This document shows positions 20,050-32,365 of a stretch of DNA of 64,000 bases, piece after piece. The stretch comes from the human T2T-CHM13v2.0 reference genome, Homo sapiens, in NCBI RefSeq assembly GCF_009914755.1, contig NC_060947.1; one strand, written 5' to 3'. A model generated the notes under the pieces. That model ran no database searches and was not told the DNA's origin. It saw only the letters and a program-made list of their open reading frames with translations. Within the stretch, counting starts at the first letter, position 1. Every line of letters starts with the position of its first letter. The position numbers and the translations under genes are program-made.

Positions 20050-21600
20050 CATTAATTTGAGAAGCAAATTAAATATTAACGTAGATTTGCTAAGTAGGCA
20101 ATTAGATATACAAGTCTGGAGTTCAGCGGAGGGTTTCACCCTAGAGCTTTTAAGTTGAGGAGCCATCACCCCATAGATGGTATTTAAAACTATGAAATTC
20201 ATGAGATCACTCCAACAGTAGGCATAACATAAAATAAAAATCTTAGTGCTGAGCACACCTCAAATTTACAAAGTCAAAAAAGTACAAATGAAAGATTGAG
20301 TAGAAGTGGCCAAAAAGATAGTAGAAAACCAGATGAGTGTGGGTCCTAGAAACCAAGAGAAGAAATTGTTTAGAAGACGAGATTGACCAAGTGTGGCAAA
20401 TGCTGCTAATACGTCCAGTAATATGAGGACTGAGAAATAACTATTGGATTTAGCAACTTGAAGGTCACTGGGAAACGTTTTAGTGGAGTGATGTGAAGAA
20501 ATAAAATGGAGACAAGACATATAGCTTACTTTACAAAGAGTATTTTTGTAAAGGGAAAAGAGAAATAGGATGATACTAGAGGATATTAAATCAGGGTAGT
20601 GTTTATTGAGAATGGAAGAAATAACAGGAAGATTCTGTTTTGATGAAAATGATACAGTAGAGTGGGAAAGGATGAAACTTCAGGAGAGAGGAGGGAATCA
20701 GCAGAACAAAACTTTTGAGTATTTGAGAGGATGGGATATTATACACAGGTGGAGGGATCTGCTTTGGCCAAGAATGTAGGAAATTCATTCATAGTTAACA
20801 AGAGAGAAGGTAGCATAGATAGCCATGAATGAAGATAAGTGAGTAGAAGTAGGTTGTAGGAGCTTGTAGAAATTCCCTTCTGACTGGTTTTATTTTCTTA
20901 TTGAAGTAGGAAACAAAGTGCTCAGATAAGAATGAGAACTGGGGAGGTGTTGAAGCATTAGGAGAGAGGAGAAGGTATAATAATTGTCTAGGAAAGTGGA
21001 AGAGAGAATAAACTATAGAAGTTTAGTATGATTGCCTAGCAACATTATCATTTCATTCACTTAGTGGTTATTAATATTAAAGTGAGACCTATAAGCATAG
21101 TAGTGTTATTCTCTAGGCACATTCACCTGCATGACTTCTGTCAAGGAGTAGGCAGAGACTTGGCATACCAAGTATATATGATGCAGTGAGACAGAAGTTA
21201 TGATAACTGACGTTATATATAAGGCACTGATTATAATGAATAAGCATGAAATTTAGGCTCAGTATGTAGAGAAGGCAGGATAGGAACAAGTTGAGGAACA
21301 GTGAAAATGTGGTAAGATCAATGATTTGTAGATCTAATGGGAACATAGGACTATTGGAATCAGGGTACTATAACATACAAGCTTGAAAGATAAGATGCTC
21401 AGAGAGTAGAGTACTGGAAATTGTGATAATGGAGGAATCGCAGTTTCTAGTCAAGAATATGAACATGGGAATAAATGTCCTCCACAAGGTGGAAGACAAG
21501 ATCATTTGAGAAGAAGGACAGATACTGAGATGCAAGGGTATTGGAAGAAGTACCTTTATTGTGGATGTTGAAATCTTCAATAACAATGAACGTTCTTGTG
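20050..21600 (-). mobile_element. Long L2 LINE ORF2 fragment
   Basis: Translations HSTKTFPSDLQVAKSNSYFSVLILLDVLAAFATL (L2/CR1 RT) and FIVIEDFNIH (endonuclease GDFN motif). Confidence 0.8.
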
Positions 21601-21689
21601 TGTATGCTGTTTATCAATATAGAAACAAATATAATTACCAAAAATATTCCTTTATCAGAGTTGCATCTCTTAGAGAAAGAACAACTATG

Positions 21690-22010
21690 AAACAGAAGAA
21701 CTGAATTCTAGCCTGGCTCTGTTTGCTAATAATCCTCATGATCTTTGGAAAGCTAATATTCAATTACCTTTCTCAATGTTAGTTTTCTAAAATTTATTCA
21801 CTCATTTATTCATCAAAAATTTTGAGCACCTTTTATATACCAGCCATGTATTAGGCGTTATGGAATATAATGGTAAGAAAACATGCAAGGTCTCTGCCTA
21901 CACAGGACATTCAGTGTGACAGTGTGATAATTGAGAAATTGCCATAAGAAAGCAGAAATACATAGTTACAAAAGGGCACAGAGTCCTTTAAGTAGTACAT
22001 AGCTGCGATA
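21690..22010. mobile_element. MIR fragment followed by L2 3' end (-)
   Basis: TGAATTCTAGCCTGGCTCTG (MIR-like); ATTCACTCATTTATTCATCAAAAATTTTGAGCACC (antisense L2 tail). Confidence 0.55.
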
Positions 22011-22661
22011 TACTAGGGAGGTGAGGTTAATATAATTTTATTCTTTTTTAACTAAAATGTATTTGTGAAAAGATAAAAGCAAATAAAGAGGAATTAAATG
22101 ATCTTACATTATATACTTTAAACTAAATAATATTCTGCTACTTTTTAAACATTATTCATTCTGAATTATGGCATAATATAAAGCTTTTTACTCCAACTTA
22201 AAGTAAAAACTTCTTTCTAAATCATCATGCATTCTTCATTTCTTAAAATTCTGGACATCTTGCTATGAAAAGCCTTCTGGTGTATGTACCTTAACCTTGT
22301 GTATAAATGATATGGGAATCTGCTATGATAATAAAAATATATCATGTCTGAAAAAGTGAACCCTGAGAAGTATAAAGTATACACACATTATTTATAAAAT
22401 ATCAGAATTTTGTACTGAAGCATCTATTGAAACTTAAAAGTGGTGGTAAAAAGTATATGTGAAGATGCGGACTAAAAATATAATGAGAAATTATGATGTG
22501 ATTCTCTATAGGCAGTGTTCATTATATTTGTATTTGGGATAATCGTAGACCCCGTTTAGGGAAGTTTAGTTGAGGTGCCGCTAGGCACTAGACACATTCA
22601 CTCTTAAAGCAACCTGTCTTTGTTTACTCTAAGTATGGGATAGTATAGCAAACCTCCTGAA

Positions 22662-22910
22662 AGGCAGTTTGGTATAATAGAAAGAGTAGAGCATGGTTTT
22701 TGGAACCAGTTAGGCCTAGGATTTTTATCATGCTTCTACCACTTAAAAGCAATGTTACCTGGAAAGAATTACTTCATTTATTTAAGTCTCAGATTCCTCA
22801 TCTTTAAAATGTAGGTAATAATATCTGCCTCAAATGATAGCTAGAATTAAATGGCAGAAAGAATATAAATGGCCTAATAATCCCTAACGCTTGGTAAGAG
22901 CTTGGCAAGT
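22662..22910 (+). mobile_element. MIR SINE
   Basis: GGCAGTTTGGTATAATAGAAAGAG start; core CTCAGATTCCTCATCTTTAAAATG. Confidence 0.7.
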
Positions 22911-22948
22911 TTAGTGTCCTTTACTTTTCAGCTCTTTGTGATGTGTTT

Positions 22949-23043
22949 AAGAAGGATTTAGGTTAATTAGCTCTTTTTAATAATAATCTCTTAAAGAAGG
23001 ATTTAGGTTAATTAGCTCTTTTTAATAATAATCTCTTAAAGAA
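22949..23043. repeat. Perfect 45-bp tandem duplication
   Basis: AAGAAGGATTTAGGTTAATTAGCTCTTTTTAATAATAATCTCTTA x2, followed by AAGAA microhomology. Confidence 0.95.
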
Positions 23044-23207
23044 ACCTACAAATCTTTGTGGGTTTAACCATAACTCTTTGAAATAAACGTTATGCTTTTC
23101 CACAAATAACTTTGAGGCACTATTGAAGACCATTCTTAATGGGCCAATTTCTGTGATCTTACTTGGTTTCAAATTTTTAATATTTTATAGCTTTATTCTC
23201 ATTTTAT

Positions 23208-23527
<320 letters not shown>

Positions 23528-23829
23528 ATTCTCATTTTATTCTTAAAATTTATCTTCTCTAAACTTTTTTTTGCCCTACAATATGATTAAGATTTCAGTG
23601 ATGCCCATCATTTACATGATAAAAACTCTTATTTTCCTTCTCTTTATGCTTTCTAAAACCCAATTTACACAGTCACATATATGTCTTTAAAAGGCTTTTA
23701 TAAAAAACTATTACTGGTCCAAGAAGCTACAACAACCTCTGTGTGAAACTGACCCATGGCTCAGGAGGCATACATTCAGGAAAAATTTTTTTATATTCTT
23801 TGTGAATTATTTGACAACCAACTTGTTGG

Positions 23830-24130
23830 TTGAACATAATGTGTCTCGGTGTGTGTATGTGAAAGTTTATTCTGTTTTGGGATCTCTGAGCTTCTTGAAT
23901 CTGTGATTTGATGTATTTTCTTGTTTTTGAAAATTATTGTCCATCATCTCTCCAAATATTCCTTTGTTCACTATTTTCATTCTGGGATTCCAATCACATT
24001 CATATTAAACAATTAAATATTGGCTCACAGGTATTAGATGCACGATTCTCTCATTCATTCATATTTCTCCCCTCACTCCTTCTTTTTTCCCGTTTCTCTC
24101 CCCTCCCATTGTGTTTAAGTTTGGGTAATT
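23830..24130 (-). mobile_element. Ancient L1M ORF1-region fragment
   Basis: TGAGCTTCTTGAATCTGTG...TTCTGGGATTCCAATCACA resembles antisense old L1M ORF1. Confidence 0.5.
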
Positions 24131-25102
24131 TCCTTTGTTATTACATATTACAAACTTGTATATATTTATGGGGTACAATGTGATTATATAATTTTTTAAT
24201 ACAATGTGGGATGATTAAACCAAGTGAATTAACATATTCATTATTTCAAATATTTAACATTTTTTGTGATGAGGAATTTTCAAATTTACTAGCAATATTG
24301 AAATATAGAATACTCAATTATTAGCTATATTCACCATGCTATGCAGTACATCTAAGAATAAATCAAATTTATTCCTCTTATCTAACTGAGACTTTGTAAC
24401 CTTTTACTATCATTTCCTTATTCCCATCACCTCCCAGCCTCTGGTAACCACCATTTTACTCCCTGCTTTTATGAGCTCCATTATTCTAAAGTCCCTATAT
24501 AAGTGAAACCATGCAGTATTTGTTTTTTTGTGTGTGTTTGGCTTATACCACTTAGCATAATATTCTGCAATTCTATCCATGTTTTTGCAGATGACAGAAT
24601 ATCTTCCATTTCAAGGCTGAATAATATTCCATTATTTATATATACCATATTTTTTACCCACTCATTGATGGATGAACACTTAGGTTATTTCCACATCTTG
24701 GTTATTGTGAATAGTGCTGCAATGAACATTACAATGCAGACATCTCTACAACATATTGATCTCAAATATTTCAGGTAAATGCCTAGAAGAGGGATTGCTG
24801 GATCATGTGTTAATCCTATCTTTAGTTTTTGAGGAACCTCAATACTGTTTTCCATAATGGCTATACTAATTTATATTCCCACCAACGGTGTACAAGGGTT
24901 TCCTTTTCTCCATATCCTCACCAACACTTGTTATCTTTCATCTTTTTGATAGTAGTTATTCTAACAGGCATAATGTGATATTTCATTTTGCTTTTGATTT
25001 TCATTTCCTTAATGATTAGTGATGTTGAGCAGTTTTTTTTTTTCATGTATTCGTTGGCCATTTGTATGTCTTCTTTTGAGAAATGTCTATTCAGGTCCTT
25101 TC

Positions 25103-26268
<1,166 letters not shown>

Positions 26269-26269
26269 T

Positions 26270-29200
26270 TTTTTCAATTGTAAATTGATAAGTAATAATT
26301 GTACATATTCATGGGGTAAGATAGTGATATCTCAATACATATAATTTATAGTGATCAAATCAGCATAATTAGCATATCCATCATCTCAAACATTTATCAT
26401 TTATTTGTGTTGGGAATGTCAAATATCCTTTTTCTAGCTATTTGAAACCATATATTATTGTTAACTATATTCATCCTACAGTGGCGTAGAAAACTAGAAG
26501 TTATCCCTCCTATTCAGCTGTAATTTTGTTATCCTTTAACAAATCTCTCCCTATTCCTCACTTCCCCCTACTCTTCCCAGCATCTAGTATCCTCTGTTTT
26601 ACTTTTTTGCTTCTGTGAGATGAACTTCTTTTTAGCTTCCACATATGAGTGAGAATCTGCAGTGTATGTTTCTGTTCCTGGCCTATTTTTCTTAACATAA
26701 CCTCCTCCAGTCCTTCCATATTACTGCAAATGACAGTTTCTTTACTTTTTATGGCTGAATAGCATTCCATTGAGTATATATACCACACTTTCTTTATTCA
26801 TCAGTTATTGGAAACTTAGGTTGATACCATATCTTGGCTATTGTGAATAGTACCACTGGGAACATGGGGGTGCAGATGTCTCTTTGATGTAATAATTTCA
26901 TTTCCTTTGGATTAATTCCAAGTAATGAGATTGCTGGATCATATGGTAGTTATAGTTTTAGTTTTTGAGGAAACTTTATACTGTTTTTCTTTTTTTTTTC
27001 TTTTATTGATCATTCTTGGGTGTTTCTCACAGAGGGGGATTTGGCAGGGTCATAGGACAATAGTGGAGGGAAGGTCAGCAGATAAACAAGTGAACAAAGG
27101 TCTCTGGTTTTCCTAGGCAGAGGACCCTGCGGCCTTCCACAGTGTTTGTGTCCCTGGGTATTTGAGATTAGGGAGTGGTGATGACTCTTAACGAGCATGC
27201 TGCCTTCAAGCATCTGTTTAACAAAGCACATCTTGCACCGCCCTTAATCCATTTAACCCTGAGTGGACACAGCACATGTTTCAGAGGGCACAGGGTTGAG
27301 GGTAAGGTCAGAGATCAACAGGATCACAAGGCAGAAGAATTTTTCTTAGTACAGAACAAAACGAAAAGTCTCCCATGTCTACCTCTTTCTACACAGACAC
27401 GGCAACCATCCGATTTCTCAATCTTTTCCCCGCCTTTCCCCTCTTTCTATTCCACAAAACCACCATTGTCATCATGGCCCGTTCTCAATGAGCTGTTGGG
27501 TACACCTCCCAGACGGGGTGGTGGCCGGGCAGAGGGGCTCCTCACTTCCCAGTAGGGGCGGCCGGGCAGAGGCGCCCCTCACCTCCCAGACGGGGTGGCT
27601 GGCCGGGCGGGGGGCTGACCTCCCCACCTCCCTCCCGGATGGGGCGGCTGGCCGGGCGGGGGGCTGACCCCCCCACCTCCGTCTCAGACGGGGCGGCTGG
27701 CCGGGTGGGGGGCTGACCCCCCCACCTCCCTCCCGGACGGGGCAGCTGGCCGGGCAGAGGGGCTCCTCACTTCCCAGTAGGGGCGGCCGGGCAGAGGCGC
27801 CCCTCACCTCCCGGACGGGGTGGCTGGCCGGGCCTGGGGCTGACCCCCCCACCCCCCTCCCGGACGGGGCGGCTGGCCGGGCAGAGGGGCTTTCCCGGAC
27901 AGGGCGGCTGGCCGGGCAGAGGGGCTCCTCACTTCCCAGTAGGGGCGGCCGGGCAGAGGCGCCCCTCACCTCCCGGATGGGGCGGCTGGCCAGGCGGGGG
28001 GCTGACCCCCCCCACCTCCCTCCCGGACAGGGCGGCGGGCCGGGCGGGGGGCTGACCCCCCCACCTCCCTTCCGGACGGGGCGGCTGGCCGGGCAGGGGC
28101 TGACCCCCCCACCTCCCTCCCGGACAGGGCGGCTGGCCGGGCGGGGGGCTGACCCCCCACCTCCCTCCAGGACGGGGCGGCTGGCCAGGCAGAGGGGCTC
28201 CTCACTTCCCAGTAGGGGCGGCCGGGCAGAGGCGCCCCTCACCTCCCGGGCGGGGCGGCTGGCCGGGTGGGGGGCTGACCCCCCCACCTCCCTCCCGGAA
28301 GGGGCGGCTGGCCAGGCGGGGGGCTGACCCCCCCACCTCCCTCCCGGATGGGGCAGCTGGCCGGGCAGAGGGGCTCCTCACTTCCCAGTAGGGGCGGCTG
28401 GGCGGAGGCGCCCCTCACCTCCCGGACAGGGCGGCTGGCCGGGCGGGGGGCTGACCCCCCCACCTCCCTCCCAGACGGGGCGGCTGGCCGGGCAGAGGGG
28501 CTCCTCACTTCCCAGTAGGGGCGGCTGGGCAGAGGCGCCCCTCACCTCCCGGACGGGGCGTCTGGCCGGGGGGGGGGCTGACCCCCACCTCCCTCCCAGA
28601 CGGGGTGGCTGCCGGGCGGAGATGCTCCTCACTTCCCAGACGGGGTGGTTGCCGGGCGGAGGGGCTCCTCACTTCTCAGACAGGGTGGCTGCCGGGCGGA
28701 GGGGCTCCTCACTTCTCAGATGGGGCGGTTGCCAGGTGGAGGGTCTCCTCACTTCTCAGACGGGGCGGCCGGGCAGAGACGCTCCTCACCTCCCAGACGG
28801 GGTCGCAGCTGGGCAGAGGCGCTCCTCACATCCCAGACGGGGTGGCGGGGCAGAGGCGCTCCCCACATCTCAGACGATGGGCGGCCGGGCAGAGATGCTC
28901 CTCACTTCCTAGATGGGATGGCGGCCGGGAAGAGGCGCTCCTCACTTCCTAGATGGGATGGCGGCCGGGCAGAGACGCTCCTCACTTTCCAGACTGGGCA
29001 GCCAGGCAGAGGGGCTCCTCACGTCCCAGACGATGGGCGGCCAGGCAGAGACGCTCCTCACTTCCCAGACGGGGTGGTGGCCGGGCAGAGGCTGCACTCT
29101 CGGCACTTTGGGAGGCCAAGGCAGGTGGCTGGGAGGTGGAGGTTGTAGCAAGCCGAGATCACGCCACTGCACTCCAGCCTGGGCACCATGGAGCACTGAG

Positions 29201-30490
29201 TGAACCAGACTCCGTCTGCAATCCCGGCACCTCGGGAGGCCGAGGCTGGCGGATCACTCGCGGTTAGGAGCTGGAGACCATCCCAGCCAACACAGCGAAA
29301 CCCCGTCTCCACCAAAAAAATACGAAAACAAGTCAGGCGTGGCGGCGCGCGCCTGCAATCGCAGGCACTCGGCAGGCTGAGGCAGGAGAATCAGGCAGGG
29401 AGGTTGCAGTGAGCCGAGATGGCAGCAGTACAGTCCAGCTTCAGCTCGGCATCAGAGGGAGACCGTGGAAAGAGAGGGAGACGGAGACCGTGGGAGAGGG
29501 CGAGGGAGGGAGAGGGAGAGGGAGAGGGAGAGGGAGCTATACTGTTTTTCATAATGGCTGTACTAGTTTACATTTCTACCAACAACATATAGGCATTCCC
29601 TTTTCTCTACATCCTCACCAGCGTCTGTTACTTTTTGTCTTTTCGATAATAGTCGTCCTTGCTGGGGTGAGATGATACCTTATTATGATTTTGATTTTCA
29701 TTTCCCTGTTGATCAGTGATGTTGAACATTTTTTCAAGTATCTGTTGGCCATTTGTTTGCCTTCTATCAAAAATGTTTGTTCAGATCATTTGTCCATTTT
29801 TTTTGTTTGCTGTTGAGATATTTGAGTTCATTATATATTCTGGATGTTAATCCCCTGTCAGATGAGTAGCTTGCAAATATTTTCTACTATTCTGTACATT
29901 GTGTTTCTACTCTGTTATATATAACATTTCCTTTGCTGTGCAGAAGTTTTTGGTTTGATATAATCCTGTTTGTTTTTTATTTGCTTTTGTTACCTGTATC
30001 TTGGGGTCTTTATTTATACAATCTTTTCCCAGACTCATGTTTTGAAACATTTCACCTGTGTTTTCTTTCAGTCGTTTTATCATTTCAGGACTTACATTTA
30101 TGTTTTTTTTTTCTATTTTGAGTTGATTTTTATGTAGGGTAAGGAGCAGTAGCCTAGTTTCATCCTCGTGTATATGGATATCTAGTTTTCCCAGTACCAT
30201 TTATTGAAGAGAGTGTCCTTTCACCAATTAATTTTCTTGGTACCTTTGTCAAAGATCAATTGGCTATGGACATGTGGATTAATTTCTGGATTTTCTGTTC
30301 TGTTCCATTGATCTATGTGTCTTTTTTTTTTATAATGCCAGTGCCTTGCTGTTTGGGTTACTACAGCTTTGTGGTACATTTTGGGGTCAGAAACAAAATA
30401 CTAAAATTTCTATGGAACCATGAAAGACCCTGAATAGCCAAAGAAAACCTGACCAAAAATAACAACGTTGCATGTATCATACTACCAGAC
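26270..30490 (-). mobile_element. Third L1MA 3' end, split by SVA, with 5' inverted segment 30390-30490
   Basis: L1MA 3'UTR and ORF2 continue across the SVA; the terminal ~100 bp is the adjacent ORF2 segment in opposite orientation. Confidence 0.75.
26990..29536 (-). mobile_element. Full-length SVA (SVA_C/D-like)
   Basis: (CCCTCT)n at 29492-29536, Alu-like region, GC-rich VNTR ~27510-29090, SINE-R, AATAAA and short tail; TSD TATACTGTTTTTC (26977-26989, 29538-29550). Confidence 0.97.
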
Positions 30491-31064
30491 CTTACTCATT
30501 TTTTAAATTAGATTGTTTTCATTCTATAGTGTTAAGTTCCTTATATATTTTGGACAATAATCCCTTCTCATATGTGTTGTTTGCAGATATTTTCTCCCAA
30601 TCTCTAGGATGTCTCTTCATTTTGTTAATTGTGTCCTTTGTTGTGCAGAAGCTTTTTATTTTGATGAAATCCCATTTGTCTATTTTTGCTTTTGTTACCT
30701 GAGCTTTGGGGATCAAATGTAGAAGATCATTGCCCAGAACAGTGTCATGTAGTTTTCTCCCGTGTTTTTCTACTAGTTGTCTTATAGTTTCAAGTCTCAT
30801 TTTTAAGTCTTTAGTTCATTTTGAATTGATTTTATATATTGTGTGAGATGAGAGTCCAATTTAATTCTTTTGCATGTGGATATTGGTTTTCCCAACACTA
30901 CTTATTGGAGGGGCTGTCATTTTTGCATTGTATATTCTTGGCATTCTTTTAGAAAATAAATTGACTATAGATATGTGGATTTATTTCTAGGCTTTCTTTT
31001 TTTCCCATTGGTCGATGTGTCTGTGGCTAGTGCCATGCTGTTTTAATTACTATCACTTTGTAGT

Positions 31065-32365
31065 GGGTTTTGGACATAAGCCCGATAGACACAATCTGAA
31101 TGCCATAATACTGAATGTTGAAATCCTGAAAAATCAAAATCCTGAAAATGTAATTCAGTAAAAAAGAATTTTAAAACTATTCAAAAGACATGTATTAACA
31201 TTTTTAAAGGGGAATTATTGGAGAAGCAAAAATACAACACAACACTGTATAGGCCACTTTACACAATAAATTGTAAGTAAGTGATTCTCTGCTTTCAGAG
31301 CACCAATAATGATTAGCTTTTAAACTTTTTTTTCACCATTAAGTAGCCTTATACACTTACTACAGCCTTTTTGTGGGGAAACAATTTCACAGATCTCTTC
31401 CATTGTGTTGTAGGGGATACAGTAAGAAGAAATGATATTTGACTTCCCAAACACCAAATCTGTATTAGGGCTCTCCAGAGAGACAGAAGCAATAAGATAT
31501 GCATCTAGGTATTTGGGAGGGAATATATTAGGGGAATTGGCTCAGATGATTAAAGTGGCCAAGGCATCCCATTACAGGCCTTCTGCAAGCTGGAGATCCT
31601 GGGATGCAAGTAGCATGACTCAGTCCAAGTCTGAAGGCTCCAGAACCAGGGAAGCTAGCTGATGGTGTAACTCTCAGTCCAGGGCCAAAAACCTCAGGAC
31701 CCAGAGAGATATTACTATTAAGTCCTGTACTCCAAAGGCCAGTGAAGCTAGAGTTCTGATGTCCAAGGCAGCAGATGAAAAGTCTCGGCTATCAAAGAGC
31801 GAACCATTTGCCTTCTGAATGTGTTCTTTATGGGTCTCTGGCCTATTGAATTGTGCCTACCAACAGTGAGGACAGATGTTCACTAAGGACAGACTCACAT
31901 CCTAATTTCCTATGGAAACACCCTCACGGACACACCCAAAATATCACTTTACTGAGTTTCCAGGGATTTCTTAATCCAGTCAAGTTTACACCTAAAATGA
32001 AGCCCGCAAATTCATCTCTTGACAACTTGGCATCCACACATATCTCCTTAAATAATACTTAATTTCCAAATAATGACAATAACTGGGTTATAGCTCTGCC
32101 TAACATGATGCAGTGAATATGATGCAAATACCCTATATGCAACTGAAAATGCACTAATCTGTTCCCCCGAATTCAGCTTTCAGGATTTCAGCATTCAGGA
32201 TTATAATCTTTTGTGTTTGTGATTTTCTGGATTTGATGTTAGGGATTTTTAGACTCTAAGGATTTAGACTTTAGGAATTGTCATCTTTTATGGTTTCAGT
32301 TCAGGATTTCAACATTCAGGATTATGGCATTCGGAATTGTGTCTTTCAGAGTTATGATAGGCACC
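31065..32365 (-). mobile_element. Ricksha (MULE) carrying MLT2/ERVL cargo
   Basis: Termini GGGTTTTGGACATAA / TTATGATAGGCACC, subterminal repeats, degenerate TSD TTGT(A/G)GT; cargo homologous and inverted relative to the copy at 2684-4075. Confidence 0.8.
31461..32008 (-). mobile_element. MLT2-type (ERVL) LTR inside Ricksha
   Basis: TGTATTAGGGCTCTCCAGAGAGACAGAA...CCAGTCAAGTTTACACCTAAAA, adjoined by ERVL internal 3' end. Confidence 0.8.

Noticed and set aside
27472-29315. Many overlapping Pro/Gly/Arg-rich ORFs and a CpG-island-like region
   Set aside because: Artefacts of the stop-poor SVA VNTR; not a host gene or promoter.
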